The notes: generated by a model not told the origin, from the letters alone. A stretch of DNA of 64,000 nucleotides from Pseudomonadota bacterium (GCA_018817385.1 JAHIUA010000085.1:21636-85635), one strand, 5' to 3'. Counted from the first letter of the stretch, positions 9,104 to 18,888 are shown. Program-made: numbers and translations.

Positions 9104-9652
9104 TTGACTGAATTTCGTACCCACCACATGGTCTACGGCACTCTTAAAGATTTTCTCACCGGTGAAGAACTCACCGATACCGATGATGAGAGATTCCGAC
9201 AGCAACTGGCCAGGCTGATGATTGAAGAATTAAAATACCACAAGGAAGAACTGGAGCCGCGACGTTTTATCGAGACCCTCTTCTCCTCCCAGTTTGTCCG
9301 TTCCATAATCGAGCTCACTGCCAGCCTGGAGGGAAAACGCTTTCTGATTCTTCGCTACGGCCCCGGCTCCCTGGTAAGTCGGGAACGTTCTGCCATTGCC
9401 GCAGCCAGGGTCCTGGAAAAAGAGTATCAGATTCCACTGGCCGTGGTGACCAACGGTCGGGATGCAGAACTCCTCGACACGGCCAGCGGAGCAATTCTTG
9501 GCACCGGCATGGCAGCGATCCCTTCCAGAAGCCGGGCCGAAGAAATGATTTCACAGCTCGTGTTCCTCCCCCCTCTTGAAGGGAAAAAAAGGGAACGTGA
9601 ACTCCGAATTTTAAATGCTTTTGACGTAGAGATCTGCTGCAGAACGATATGA
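9104..9652 (+). CDS. HsdR-N-terminal-like domain protein (stand-alone, ~180 aa)
   Basis: HHMVYGTLKDFLTGEELTDTDDERFRQQLARLMIEE... matches my memory of the stand-alone 'type I restriction enzyme HsdR N-terminal domain' family. TTG start lies 7 nt after AGGAG. Confidence 0.55.
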   Translation: MTEFRTHHMVYGTLKDFLTGEELTDTDDERFRQQLARLMIEELKYHKEELEPRRFIETLFSSQFVRSIIELTASLEGKRFLILRYGPGSLVSRERSAIAAARVLEKEYQIPLAVVTNGRDAELLDTASGAILGTGMAAIPSRSRAEEMISQLVFLPPLEGKKRERELRILNAFDVEICCRTI

Positions 9653-9747
9653 AGTCCAACGTCTTCTTCGTCATCTCTCTTTTCAAGCCTTTTTAAATTC
9701 ATTAGATTACTGCCTATAACCCACTTTAATTGCAAGGATAACTAACC

Positions 9748-11097
9748 ATGGGAACCGAAAATAGCAATTGGACAAAAACAAGCTGGCAGAAGCATACAGC
9801 CCTCCAGCAACCGAAATGGCCGGATATGGCTGTACACGATGCAGTGCTTGCCAATCTTTCCCATCTACCACCGCTGGTCTTTGCCGGAGAAATCCGTGAC
9901 CTCAAGGCTATGCTGGCCAAGGCGGTCACCGGAGATGCCTTTCTCCTCCAGGGAGGAGACTGTTCTGAAGATTTCTCTCAGGTTACTGCTCCCAAAATTC
10001 GGGAAACCCTGAAAGTCCTGTTGCAGATGGCAGTCGTTCTTACCTACGCCGGGGGAAAACCTGTGGTCAAGGTTGGCCGTATTGCCGGTCAGTTTGCCAA
10101 GCCACGTTCGGCAGATATGGAAAAGGTGGGCGACATCGAACTCCCCTCCTATCGGGGAGACATGGTCAACAGCCCCGAACCGGTGGAAGCCGCCCGAATT
10201 CCCGATCCAAATCGCATGCTTCAGGGCTATAACATGGCAGCCTGCACCCTGAACCTGCTGCGCGCCTTTACCCGCGGCGGCTTTGCTGCCCTGCACCGGG
10301 TCTCGGCCTGGAATCAAGAGTTTGTCAAACAGTCCCCCATGGGACGCAACTATGAACGACTGGCCAGGCAGATCAACCAGGCCCTGCAGTTCATGGAGAC
10401 CATCGGCATTGATGCCGACAGTCCCCAGATGAAACAGGCCCAGCTTTTCACCTCCCATGAGGCATTGCTCCTGGGCTACGAGACAGCGCTGACCAGGGAA
10501 GACTCAACAGGCGGCGGCTGGTACGACTGTTCCGCCCATATGCTCTGGATCGGCGAGCGAACCCGGCAGATCGATGGTGCCCATGTGGAGTTCCTGCGTG
10601 GAGTCAACAACCCCATCGGGGTCAAAATCGGACCGGACTATGATCTTGACAATGTGAAACAGCTCATCGAGACCCTTAACCCGGAAAATGAGGCTGGGCG
10701 TCTGACTCTGATCACCCGTCTGGGTCTGAAAAATATCGACAAGGTCCTGCCGCCTCTCCTCCGCGAATCTAAAAGAGAAGGATACAATATCGTCTGGAGC
10801 TGTGACCCCATGCACGCTAACACCTATACCGCAGACAGTGGACACAAAACGAGGAACTTTAATGACATCCTCTCTGAGATCACCTGCTTTTTCGAGACCC
10901 ATTGGGCCGAAGGAACGATTCCCGGCGGTATTCATCTGGAGATGACCGGTGAAAATGTCACTGAATGTACGGGCGGAGCCAGAAACATCGTTGATGCCGA
11001 ACTGGCCAATAACTACCTCACTACCTGCGATCCGCGCCTCAATGCCGAACAGAGCCTTGAAGTTGCCTTTCAGATCGCTGATATGATCAGGAGCTGA
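9748..11097 (+). CDS. class II (plant-type) 3-deoxy-7-phosphoheptulonate (DAHP) synthase
   Basis: WQKHTALQQPKWPD, PPLVFAGE, FLLQGGDCSEDF, 449 aa. Ends in TGA. Confidence 0.9.
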   Translation: MGTENSNWTKTSWQKHTALQQPKWPDMAVHDAVLANLSHLPPLVFAGEIRDLKAMLAKAVTGDAFLLQGGDCSEDFSQVTAPKIRETLKVLLQMAVVLTYAGGKPVVKVGRIAGQFAKPRSADMEKVGDIELPSYRGDMVNSPEPVEAARIPDPNRMLQGYNMAACTLNLLRAFTRGGFAALHRVSAWNQEFVKQSPMGRNYERLARQINQALQFMETIGIDADSPQMKQAQLFTSHEALLLGYETALTREDSTGGGWYDCSAHMLWIGERTRQIDGAHVEFLRGVNNPIGVKIGPDYDLDNVKQLIETLNPENEAGRLTLITRLGLKNIDKVLPPLLRESKREGYNIVWSCDPMHANTYTADSGHKTRNFNDILSEITCFFETHWAEGTIPGGIHLEMTGENVTECTGGARNIVDAELANNYLTTCDPRLNAEQSLEVAFQIADMIRS

Positions 11098-11190
11098 TTC
11101 TCTTCTCCACCTCAGCAGGCCAACCAACACGACGACCACTCGTGCGCTGATGGCCTGCTTTCTTATTTTCACTTTAAAAAAGATAGTCGA

Positions 11191-12801
11191 ATGGCTACAC
11201 CAGCTCAAAAAACAGGCTTCCTCGTTTCCATGCTCCTTTGTTTTTTTCTCCCCATCAGCTGGGCTGCCGCCATTCCTGTTTTTCCCCAGGGAACTGATCT
11301 TCGACTCGAGCAGGCATTGTCCGAGACAGAATCCCAGGCCTGGGCCTTGCAAAACCTGAAAGAGCTGCGCCAGCTCTATCAGGCTCGTGGCTACCAAATG
11401 GCCTGGAACGAAACACTCCTGCCCCGCTTAATCACTGCTCTCAATAATGCAACGGAGCACGGGTTGACCCCGTGCGACTATCGGGTCAATCTCCTGGAAA
11501 ATGAGACTGTCGATGCTGTGCGACGTGAACTTATAGCCAGTGATGCCTATTTGACCCTGGCAGGCCATATTCTCTCCGGGAAGGTGGATCCAATCTCCAT
11601 CGCCCCGAACTGGTCCATGGCCAGCCGCCAGAGAGACCTCGTTCAACACCTGGTAACGGCCCTGGAAAGCGGTGAAATCGAAAAGAGTCTCGATGAACTG
11701 GCGCCACGCTCCCATGAATATTCCACCTTAAAAAGCGCCCTTGCCAGCTACCGTAAAATTGCCCACCAGGGAGGCTGGGGCCATATCCCCACCGGCAAGA
11801 TGTTAAAACTCGGAGATCACAATGAACGCGTGGTCCAACTCCGTGACCGTCTCCTGACAAGCGGTGACCTGGCAACAGAACCTTCCGACCAGGATCCGGC
11901 TGAATTTACCGCACAGCTGCAAGAGGCAGTGAAAAAATTTCAAGCCCAGGCCAATCTGGAAAGAGATGGTATCGTTGGCCCAATCACCCTGCGCAACCTG
12001 AACAAAACCCCTTTTGACCGGATCAACACCCTGCGCATCAACATGGAACGATGGCGCTGGCTTCCCGAAGACCTCGGGAAAAAACATATCCGGATCAATG
12101 TGGCCGGATTTTATCTGGAAGCCCATCTTCAGGGAGAGGTTCCCCGGGTCCACAAGGTCATTGTAGGCCTCGATTACCGGCAGACTCCAATCTTTTCCAA
12201 TGCCATCACATATCTGGATTTCAACCCTTACTGGTATGCGCCTAGAAAACTGGCAACCAAGGACAAACTGCCCATGTTCCGCGAGGATCCAAGCTATTTC
12301 GAACGAGGCGGATTCGAACTCCTTGACAAACAAGGTCGAATTGTCAATGCCAAAAAGATTGACTGGAAGCGACTCTCTGAAGACTACTTCCCCTATAAGC
12401 TGCGCCAGCGCCCAGGCCCGAAAAATGCCCTGGGCCAAGTCAAGTTCATCTTTCCCAACCAACACAATGTCTATCTCCACGACACCCCTTCTCAGGAGCT
12501 TTTCACCAAGGCCCAGCGAGTCTTTTCCTCTGGCTGTATCAGGGTCCAGGCCCCACTTGATCTCGCCCTCTGGCTCCTGAGAGACGAGGACGGTTGGAAT
12601 CAAGAACGCATTGATGGCATTATTGCTGGGGGAAAGAACACGCGAATCCTCCTCAAGAAACCTGTTCCCATTCACCTCCTCTATTGGACCGTCCTTGTTG
12701 ATCGAGAAAACGGCGATCTCCGCTTCATAGATGACGGCTACCAGCGGGATGAACGAATTCTCCAGGCACTGGATACCATGTGTCCACTACTTGACAACTA
12801 A
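11191..12801 (+). CDS. L,D-transpeptidase, YcbB/LdtD-like
   Basis: Signal peptide, PG-binding repeat (LQEAVKKFQAQANLERDGIVGPITLRNLN) and YkuD catalytic motif (HDTPSQELF...SSGCIRV). Confidence 0.8.
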   Translation: MATPAQKTGFLVSMLLCFFLPISWAAAIPVFPQGTDLRLEQALSETESQAWALQNLKELRQLYQARGYQMAWNETLLPRLITALNNATEHGLTPCDYRVNLLENETVDAVRRELIASDAYLTLAGHILSGKVDPISIAPNWSMASRQRDLVQHLVTALESGEIEKSLDELAPRSHEYSTLKSALASYRKIAHQGGWGHIPTGKMLKLGDHNERVVQLRDRLLTSGDLATEPSDQDPAEFTAQLQEAVKKFQAQANLERDGIVGPITLRNLNKTPFDRINTLRINMERWRWLPEDLGKKHIRINVAGFYLEAHLQGEVPRVHKVIVGLDYRQTPIFSNAITYLDFNPYWYAPRKLATKDKLPMFREDPSYFERGGFELLDKQGRIVNAKKIDWKRLSEDYFPYKLRQRPGPKNALGQVKFIFPNQHNVYLHDTPSQELFTKAQRVFSSGCIRVQAPLDLALWLLRDEDGWNQERIDGIIAGGKNTRILLKKPVPIHLLYWTVLVDRENGDLRFIDDGYQRDERILQALDTMCPLLDN

Positions 12802-12876
12802 TGTCTTCAGTCTTCCCAAAAACAAATGATTCTCAATCTATTCTCCTGATTTTCTGAAGATAATTCCAGCGCCTGC

Positions 12877-12905
12877 TTGACAAAGGCAAATTTGTCTATT
12901 TTAAT
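12877..12905 (+). promoter_or_regulatory. candidate sigma70-type promoter (TTGACA-17 nt-TTTAAT)
   Basis: Perfect -35 at 12877-12882, about 80 nt upstream of the DUF882 gene. Confidence 0.35.
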
Positions 12906-12985
12906 AGGAAGGGTATATGTAAGGAACTTTTTTCATGAATTGTCCAATAGCGCTGTCCCTTTTCAACATCCTACTATAAAACAAC

Positions 12986-13534
12986 ATGCCGAATCGACAA
13001 TACAATAGACGAAATCTGATCGGAAACTCGATCAAGCTCATCACTGGAGTCGCCCTTCTTGCGCCAACCCTTTCCCTGGCCAGGAAACTCGATGTCCGCG
13101 ATCTCTCCTTTTATCATACCCATACCGGAAAGGAACTTGATGTTACCTATAAGATAGCCGGCAGATATGACCCTACCGCTCTTAAAAAGGTGAACCGTCA
13201 TCTCCAGGATTTTCGCACCCATGAAACGCACCCCATAGACACCAAGCTCCTAGATATACTCTATAAAATAAAGACACATGCCGGTGGAGGAGTCTATGAA
13301 GTAATCTCCGGATATCGCTCTCCCAAGACCAATTCCATGCTCCGCAACAAAAGCAACGGTGTTGCCAAGCGCAGCCTGCATATGAAAGGAATGGCCATTG
13401 ATGTCCGCCTATCAGGAGTCAAAACCAAAGAACTTCGAGATATTGCCCGTTCTATGCGGGGAGGAGGTGTTGGGTATTACCCTCAATCAGATTTTATCCA
13501 TCTCGACACCGGCAAGGTTCGCACCTGGGGATGA
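12986..13534 (+). CDS. DUF882 / peptidase M15A family protein (YcbK/MepK-like murein endopeptidase)
   Basis: Tat-like N-terminus (NRRNLI), SGYRSPKTN, HMKGMAIDV, DFIHLDTG motifs. Same ycbB-ycbK adjacency as in E. coli. Confidence 0.8.
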   Translation: MPNRQYNRRNLIGNSIKLITGVALLAPTLSLARKLDVRDLSFYHTHTGKELDVTYKIAGRYDPTALKKVNRHLQDFRTHETHPIDTKLLDILYKIKTHAGGGVYEVISGYRSPKTNSMLRNKSNGVAKRSLHMKGMAIDVRLSGVKTKELRDIARSMRGGGVGYYPQSDFIHLDTGKVRTWG

Positions 13535-13839
13535 GCCCCCGGGTGCTCTATGACCCGAATTTGAGCCATTCACGTTCTTCCTTAAAGAACTGACAACTGG
13601 TCTCTCAAGGCCCCTCATAACACCGTCCCGGCTAAGAATTATCGGCTCAGCAGGCATTACCCTGAACGTCCTGTCCTCCAGTTTCTATTCTTCTCACCCC
13701 GTTTTTTTAACGCTGCTGTATGCAACTCGCGTTATCTGTAGGCATACACCCTTTCGACAAGATCTTCCTTGGTCTCATTCTGGTCGTCCTCTTAGCAGGA
13801 AAGTGAAGACCATATGGTTCAGCTGCATGTCTCTGTTGA

Positions 13840-14334
13840 TCAGTTCCTGTTCGACAGAGATGATGATATCCCGTGATCAAGGCTGAAAAGAAGGATCCGG
13901 CTTTTGCCCCGTGGACAATAATCCCCCTCGCCATACAAGTCTTTTCCGCAGCAAAGAACAAAAAAATAACCACCACCGACCGCCAGGGAAAGGTCTGTTC
14001 CTTCAGTCGGATGGGACTTTCCGTAGGAGCCGTTATTATAGCGCCTTCACTCTGGATAGGGAACATAGATCTCTCGGAGGAAGCCGCTATCGCCAAGCAT
14101 TGCGCCAAGTTTCACCTGGGAAGCTTTCTCTATATCCATCGACCTGTTGATCAAGTATCCAGGAGGCCAACCCTCCACGCTGCCAAAATCCAGATCCCCA
14201 AACAGAGAAGAAAAGAAGCTGAGCTTTCTCTGTAGGAGCAGAGGTATCCGCGAACCGAACGTTGACGCAGTCTCCTCGTCTGTTTGAGCACTGAGGGGAA
14301 CAGTTTGCCCCCTCTTCCCCATGCAGCAGGCCAT
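13840..14334 (-). pseudogene. possible decayed gene (reading frame continues through an in-frame TGA at 14047-14049)
   Basis: The 95-aa track ORF (14047..14334) continues in the same frame for another 68 codons after the TGA (...YVPYPE*RRYNNGSYGKSHPTEGTDLSLAVGGGYFF...). I could not place a recognisable family or a convincing start. Confidence 0.25.
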
Positions 14335-14545
14335 ACAAGGGACTATTTAAGCAATTATTTTCCACCTATGATTTACAAATACTTTACTGTGCCTGGGAAT
14401 TTTGTTTTTTTTAAAAAATAAATTGGCAAAATGTCCTTGAGGTATTTATTGAAAAGAGTATCCTTTATTATGGATAAAAAAATATCGTTCTCTGATCAAC
14501 TCAATGACTACAGGTTCTTCAGCTCATACATGGCAACGTGGTATT

Positions 14546-15355
14546 ATGAAAATCAAGACTGAACTTATCAACTCCATCTTTATCGTCACCTGTGAAGGAT
14601 CCCGTCTGGACGCCTCGTTTGCCCAAGATTTTCTTACTGCCATGAAGGGATTTATCCAGAAAGGTCATTTAGACATCCTCCTGGACCTGTCAGCAGTCGA
14701 TTTTGTCGACAGCACCGGACTGGGTTCCATTGTCCACTGTCTCAAGGAAATCGACTCTCGTGGTCAATTAGTCCTCTGTGGAGTCAATGAAATGGTTCTC
14801 AGTCTGCTTCAGATGACCCGCCTGGATAAAATATTTATCCAGGCCGCAGATCGCAACAAGGCCTTGACCAACCTCTCCTGGAAAAAAACGAAACGAATCG
14901 GGACAACAATTTCTGCGGTATCTGGAATTCCGCATGAAAATGAAGAAGAGGAGGCGATACTGCTTGAAATAGACAACGGAGAAATTGAAGAAGTCGCCAG
15001 CGATGAACGGAGAAGGCACCGCAGAATAAGACATCAGCAGATACTTGATGAAGAACTCGTCGCCTACTCTACCAATACGAGCACCGGAAAAACCTCCACC
15101 GGCATTATTCTCAACATCAGCCCCGGCGGCCTCCTCATGGTATCAACTTCTCACCACTCCGTTGGTGATGAACTTCTTGTCAGGAGTATCATTGGCAAAA
15201 ACTTCAAGTTAAAGGAACTCGCTGTTGTCCGCTCCTGCTATGATGGAAAATATGGCCTCGAATTTATGAAACCTGCACAAGAAACTGTAACTTTTTTACA
15301 TCAACTTACCGGAGCTGTTACCCTGGAACATGGTGATAGATCCCGTCATTTTTGA
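14546..15355 (+). CDS. STAS (anti-sigma-factor antagonist) domain fused to a C-terminal PilZ domain
   Basis: STAS: MKIKTELINSIFIVTCEGSRLD...VDFVDSTGLGSIV (conserved phospho-Ser context). PilZ: RRRHRRIR (RxxxR) ... LNISPGG (D/NxSxxG). An alternative upstream ATG exists at 14504. Confidence 0.8.
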   Translation: MKIKTELINSIFIVTCEGSRLDASFAQDFLTAMKGFIQKGHLDILLDLSAVDFVDSTGLGSIVHCLKEIDSRGQLVLCGVNEMVLSLLQMTRLDKIFIQAADRNKALTNLSWKKTKRIGTTISAVSGIPHENEEEEAILLEIDNGEIEEVASDERRRHRRIRHQQILDEELVAYSTNTSTGKTSTGIILNISPGGLLMVSTSHHSVGDELLVRSIIGKNFKLKELAVVRSCYDGKYGLEFMKPAQETVTFLHQLTGAVTLEHGDRSRHF

Positions 15356-15505
15356 GCAAATGGCTGAGCACCGGCTTATTCGCCACATTTCCCTGTATTG
15401 CGCCAGCGGAATTTGTCCCGGTCCTCAACGAGCCCTCTCTCATTTTCAATTAGAAAAAGAGGCTGTTTATTGCAATATCTTCCCTCCACACCTTGAGCAA
15501 ACGAC

Positions 15506-15931
15506 GTGATATCTCCAGGTTCATCCATCGCCTTTCGTATTCCTGCCCGACTCAACAATATATGCCTTCTTGGTATCTCCATTCGGGCCCTGTTTTTAAG
15601 CCTTGGTTTTGATAAGACCAAGGCATTTCAACTTGAACTTGCCGTGGTTGAAGCCGCCAACAACATTGTACTGCACGCCTATCAAGAGAAAAAAAATACC
15701 ATCCTCGACATGAAGCTCTCCGTCGCCACCGACAGGGTTACCTGCACCTTTGTGGATCAGGGAAAAGCGGTAGATTTTACCCAGGAACAGCCACCCCTGA
15801 GTCCCTGCGATGAAATAGAGTCGCTCGCAGAAAATAAACGTGGCGTCTCAATTATCTACGAGGTAATGGATGAGGTGAGCTACAGGCAAAAAGATCAGTA
15901 CAATATTCTCACTCTGGTAAAATATCTGTAA
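15506..15931 (+). CDS. RsbW/SpoIIAB-like anti-sigma serine kinase (HATPase_c_2)
   Basis: ELAVVEAANNIVLHAY (N-box-like), about 140 aa, GTG start. Sits between the STAS and PP2C genes. Confidence 0.7.
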   Translation: MISPGSSIAFRIPARLNNICLLGISIRALFLSLGFDKTKAFQLELAVVEAANNIVLHAYQEKKNTILDMKLSVATDRVTCTFVDQGKAVDFTQEQPPLSPCDEIESLAENKRGVSIIYEVMDEVSYRQKDQYNILTLVKYL

Positions 15932-16001
15932 GCGTTTCAGAACAATTTATCCCCCTTCCGTATCATCACGAACCACCTGTTCCACAGGATCAGATACAAA
16001 A

Positions 16002-17204
16002 ATGAACCATCCAGCTACCCTCGCCACAATCCTTGTCGTTGATGATAGTGAATCCATTAGAATTCTGGTCAGAGCCTATCTTCAGGAAGCAGAATACCGT
16101 GTCCTGGAGGCGGTGAACGGGCTCTCAGGACTGGATATCTGTCGCCGGCAGCCCCCCGATTTGATCCTGCTGGACATTTTCATGCCCGAAATGGATGGAT
16201 TTGAGCTGTGTGCCAGACTCCAAAAGGAAAAACTGTTATCCAATATTCCTGTCATCATGCTCACAGCGGTCGATAACAGCGAAACAAAGACAAGGGCCTT
16301 TACTCTCGGGGCAGTTGACTATCTCACAAAGCCATTCAATAAGGAAGAAATTCTGGCGAGAATCCGCACCCATTTAAAAATCAGCAGCCTCAACCATTCA
16401 CTCCAACAGGCAAACAGAGTGCTGCGCGCCAACCAGGAACAACTGATGCAGGGTATCCAGGCGGCGGCAGAACTGCAGAAGAATCTTCTCCCCAAACGAG
16501 TGCCCGATTGCAAGTCCCTGCGCTTTACCTCCTATTTCCGCCCCTGCCAAGGCGTTGGGGGAGATATTTATAACGTTCAGCGCCTTGACGATGAGCATCT
16601 CGCCTTTTCTATCCTTGATGTCAGTGGCCATGGCTTTCCTGCCGCCATAATGACAGCCCTTGCGACCCAGGCCCTCAGTCCGTCTGGCGGAATTGTCAAA
16701 AAAGCCAGCCTCCGCGATAGCCGCCAACACATCACTGCACCCCGAAAAGTTCTCCAGAATCTGGATCGAGAATTTCCCATAGAACGTTTCAATCTTTACA
16801 TGACCATTGCCTATCTCCTCTTGAACACTCGCAACAATACCTTCCACTATTCCTGCGCCGGTCACCCTCCTCCTCTTCACCTGAGCAACGACGGGACAAT
16901 CACTCTTCTCGATACGGGAGGTCCTCCCGCAGGGCTTGGCGGACTTGGTGGTTCATGGCTGGAAGGCCAGGGACATCTCGGCTGCGGAGAGAGAATTTTC
17001 TTTTATACTGACGGCCTCACCCAGCATACAAATGAGGAAAAGGAACTCTACTCCCAGGATCGTCTCATTGACTCAATAAGGAAAAGTCGTGACCTTTCTT
17101 TGCAGGCCGCGGTTCAGAATATCATAGGGGAGTTAAAACAATTTGGCAATCAGGCTGAACCTGATGACGACATCACCCTGCTGGCCGTGGAACGGCTGGA
17201 ATAG
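16002..17204 (+). CDS. response-regulator receiver fused to PP2C/SpoIIE phosphatase (RsbU-like)
   Basis: REC: ILVVDDSE...LILLDIFMPEMDG...TKPF. PP2C: GGDIYNV, ILDVSGHG, FYTDGL, DDITLLAV. Confidence 0.85.
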   Translation: MNHPATLATILVVDDSESIRILVRAYLQEAEYRVLEAVNGLSGLDICRRQPPDLILLDIFMPEMDGFELCARLQKEKLLSNIPVIMLTAVDNSETKTRAFTLGAVDYLTKPFNKEEILARIRTHLKISSLNHSLQQANRVLRANQEQLMQGIQAAAELQKNLLPKRVPDCKSLRFTSYFRPCQGVGGDIYNVQRLDDEHLAFSILDVSGHGFPAAIMTALATQALSPSGGIVKKASLRDSRQHITAPRKVLQNLDREFPIERFNLYMTIAYLLLNTRNNTFHYSCAGHPPPLHLSNDGTITLLDTGGPPAGLGGLGGSWLEGQGHLGCGERIFFYTDGLTQHTNEEKELYSQDRLIDSIRKSRDLSLQAAVQNIIGELKQFGNQAEPDDDITLLAVERLE

Positions 17205-17232
17205 TAGCTGAAAAGGGATACGAAACTGACTG

Positions 17233-17277
17233 TTTTCCCCCCTGACAGGAGTGTTTACCGGGATCAAGGGGGAAAAA
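17233..17277. terminator. possible bidirectional hairpin between convergent genes
   Basis: TTTTCCCCC / GGGGGAAAA 9-bp stem flanked by T/A runs. The ~25-nt loop is long for an intrinsic terminator. Confidence 0.35.
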
Positions 17278-17317
17278 CCAACAGGCCTGGAGGCAGCTCA
17301 TTTTCTCTCAACCTCTT

Positions 17318-18301
17318 TTAACGAAGAGATATCTCCGCATCTCGAGCAGTCTCAGCAATATGAGAGACATAAATTTGAACAAAGGCAGGGTCCTCACCCA
17401 GACCTTTGCTCACCGGAATCACCTCAAACCCTTCTTTTTTCAAGACAGAAAGCCAGGAACCTTCTCCAGGACCTGCCATATCATTCATGACATGATCCCC
17501 TGCCACCACCATAAAGGGTTTCAAGAGCACACGATTCACCCCGGCCTGCTGCAACTGGCTGCGGACATCCTCCAGGCCGGGAAAGCCTTCCACGGTACCA
17601 ATGAGTGTCAGGACATCGGGATAGAGCTCACGCATTCGGGCAGCGAATTCCAGGTAGGGTCCTCCTGAAGGAAAATGATCATTACCATGCCCCATGTACA
17701 CCAGGGCAGCCTCTTCTTTCCTCGCCAGCTCAGCATCAGCAATCAAGGCCTTGGCCGCCTGGCGCACGTCTTTGGCGTAGGAATGGGTAGTACCGAACGT
17801 ACCCAGGGCCGGTCTGCCGACCACCAGATGTTGAAAGGGTTTGTGCCTGGCCTTGATAGTCTTGATTGAAACGAGTCCCTCCACATAGGAACAGAGATCC
17901 AGGAATTCTTCCGCCGGGGCAATATGGGTGGACTGGACAATAATTGAGTCAATCCCTTGATCCTGCAGCCCGGCAATGGTGGCCAGAGGCCCCTGGATTT
18001 GAAAAATATCTTCCGGAATCTGCGGATGGAGCTGCCGGTACGCCTGATCAACACTCCGTTCCTGCCAAATTCCACGAATGATATTGGAGGTAAAGGCCAT
18101 CCGCACCGGGGTCTCCGGATAAGCCTTCTCCACGGCCTCGCGAATATTGAGCAGACTCTGCAATGCCGGCTCAACTGTGGTTCCGAACATGGCCAGAACA
18201 ATTCCATTGGCTTGGGCCGTTTTTCGCTCTGCAGCCGCCAGGGGATGAGTGACAACAAAGGTGAGAAAAAGAATCAAGAAAATCAGAGAACTGCGTTTCA
18301 T
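17318..18301 (-). CDS. cbiK: sirohydrochlorin cobaltochelatase CbiK with signal peptide (periplasmic CbiKP-type)
   Basis: MKRSSLIFLILFLTFVVTHPLAAA signal. LAMFGTT, MAFTSNII, GHGNDH and VVAGDHVMNDMAG are CbiK class II chelatase motifs. Confidence 0.85.
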   Translation of the reverse strand: MKRSSLIFLILFLTFVVTHPLAAAERKTAQANGIVLAMFGTTVEPALQSLLNIREAVEKAYPETPVRMAFTSNIIRGIWQERSVDQAYRQLHPQIPEDIFQIQGPLATIAGLQDQGIDSIIVQSTHIAPAEEFLDLCSYVEGLVSIKTIKARHKPFQHLVVGRPALGTFGTTHSYAKDVRQAAKALIADAELARKEEAALVYMGHGNDHFPSGGPYLEFAARMRELYPDVLTLIGTVEGFPGLEDVRSQLQQAGVNRVLLKPFMVVAGDHVMNDMAGPGEGSWLSVLKKEGFEVIPVSKGLGEDPAFVQIYVSHIAETARDAEISLR

Positions 18302-18449
18302 GGGAAGATGCTCCTAGACTTGAGATCCGGAAATAAAACTCCTGGATCAATTACTATTGATCCGGGATATCCCTGTAAATCCCAGAAAGGTTGCTGTCAT
18401 CTACTCTTCCGGAGCAGACAACCATGATTCAGACAGGTCTTCTGACTCC

Positions 18450-18630
18450 CGGATCAATCCATTACCGCGCCTTCCCATCTAACAGGTAGACAGTGACTTT
18501 GGGATACCTTGAAACATCCTGATTCTTCAAGATATCCTCTGTGCGGAAACAGTCCCCGGTTACAGCGGCGGGCCCGTCCCGGAATGACACCGGGTTCCCT
18601 ATTAAGCCTTGTTACAGGCATCTGAAACAG
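18450..18630 (-). promoter_or_regulatory. cobalamin (B12) riboswitch in the cbiK leader
   Basis: The minus strand reads ...GGCTTAATAGGGAACCCGGTGTCATTCCGGGACGGGCCCGCCGCTGTAACCGGGGAC..., then a B12-box-like AGTCACTGTCTACCTGTT (18481-18498 on +), then GATGGGAAGGCGCGG. Boundaries are approximate. Confidence 0.85.
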
Positions 18631-18888
18631 GAATAAAACTACCGCCAACTCTCTGCTGGGTCAATATTTTTTTCCAAATCCTTTCAAAAGGATGGGTGAC
18701 GCAAGATCAAGGGCCATGGCCGGGGAGAGGAAAAAAGAAACCATAAAGACAAAAAGGCAATTTAAAGATGATAAAAATTCTTTGCTTGCGTATGATGGAC
18801 AGACTGGAGCAATAGAGTCCCCAATGATGACCTCGTGTCCTTTCAGAATCAAGCCACCACCCTACCAAAACCTCACGACTTCTCCAAA

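Noticed and set aside
9104-9652. HsdR-N-like protein as a hint of a restriction-modification or defence island
   Set aside because: It is a stand-alone ~180-aa domain protein flanked by aromatic-amino-acid and corrinoid metabolism genes. No methylase, specificity subunit, helicase or other defence genes are nearby.
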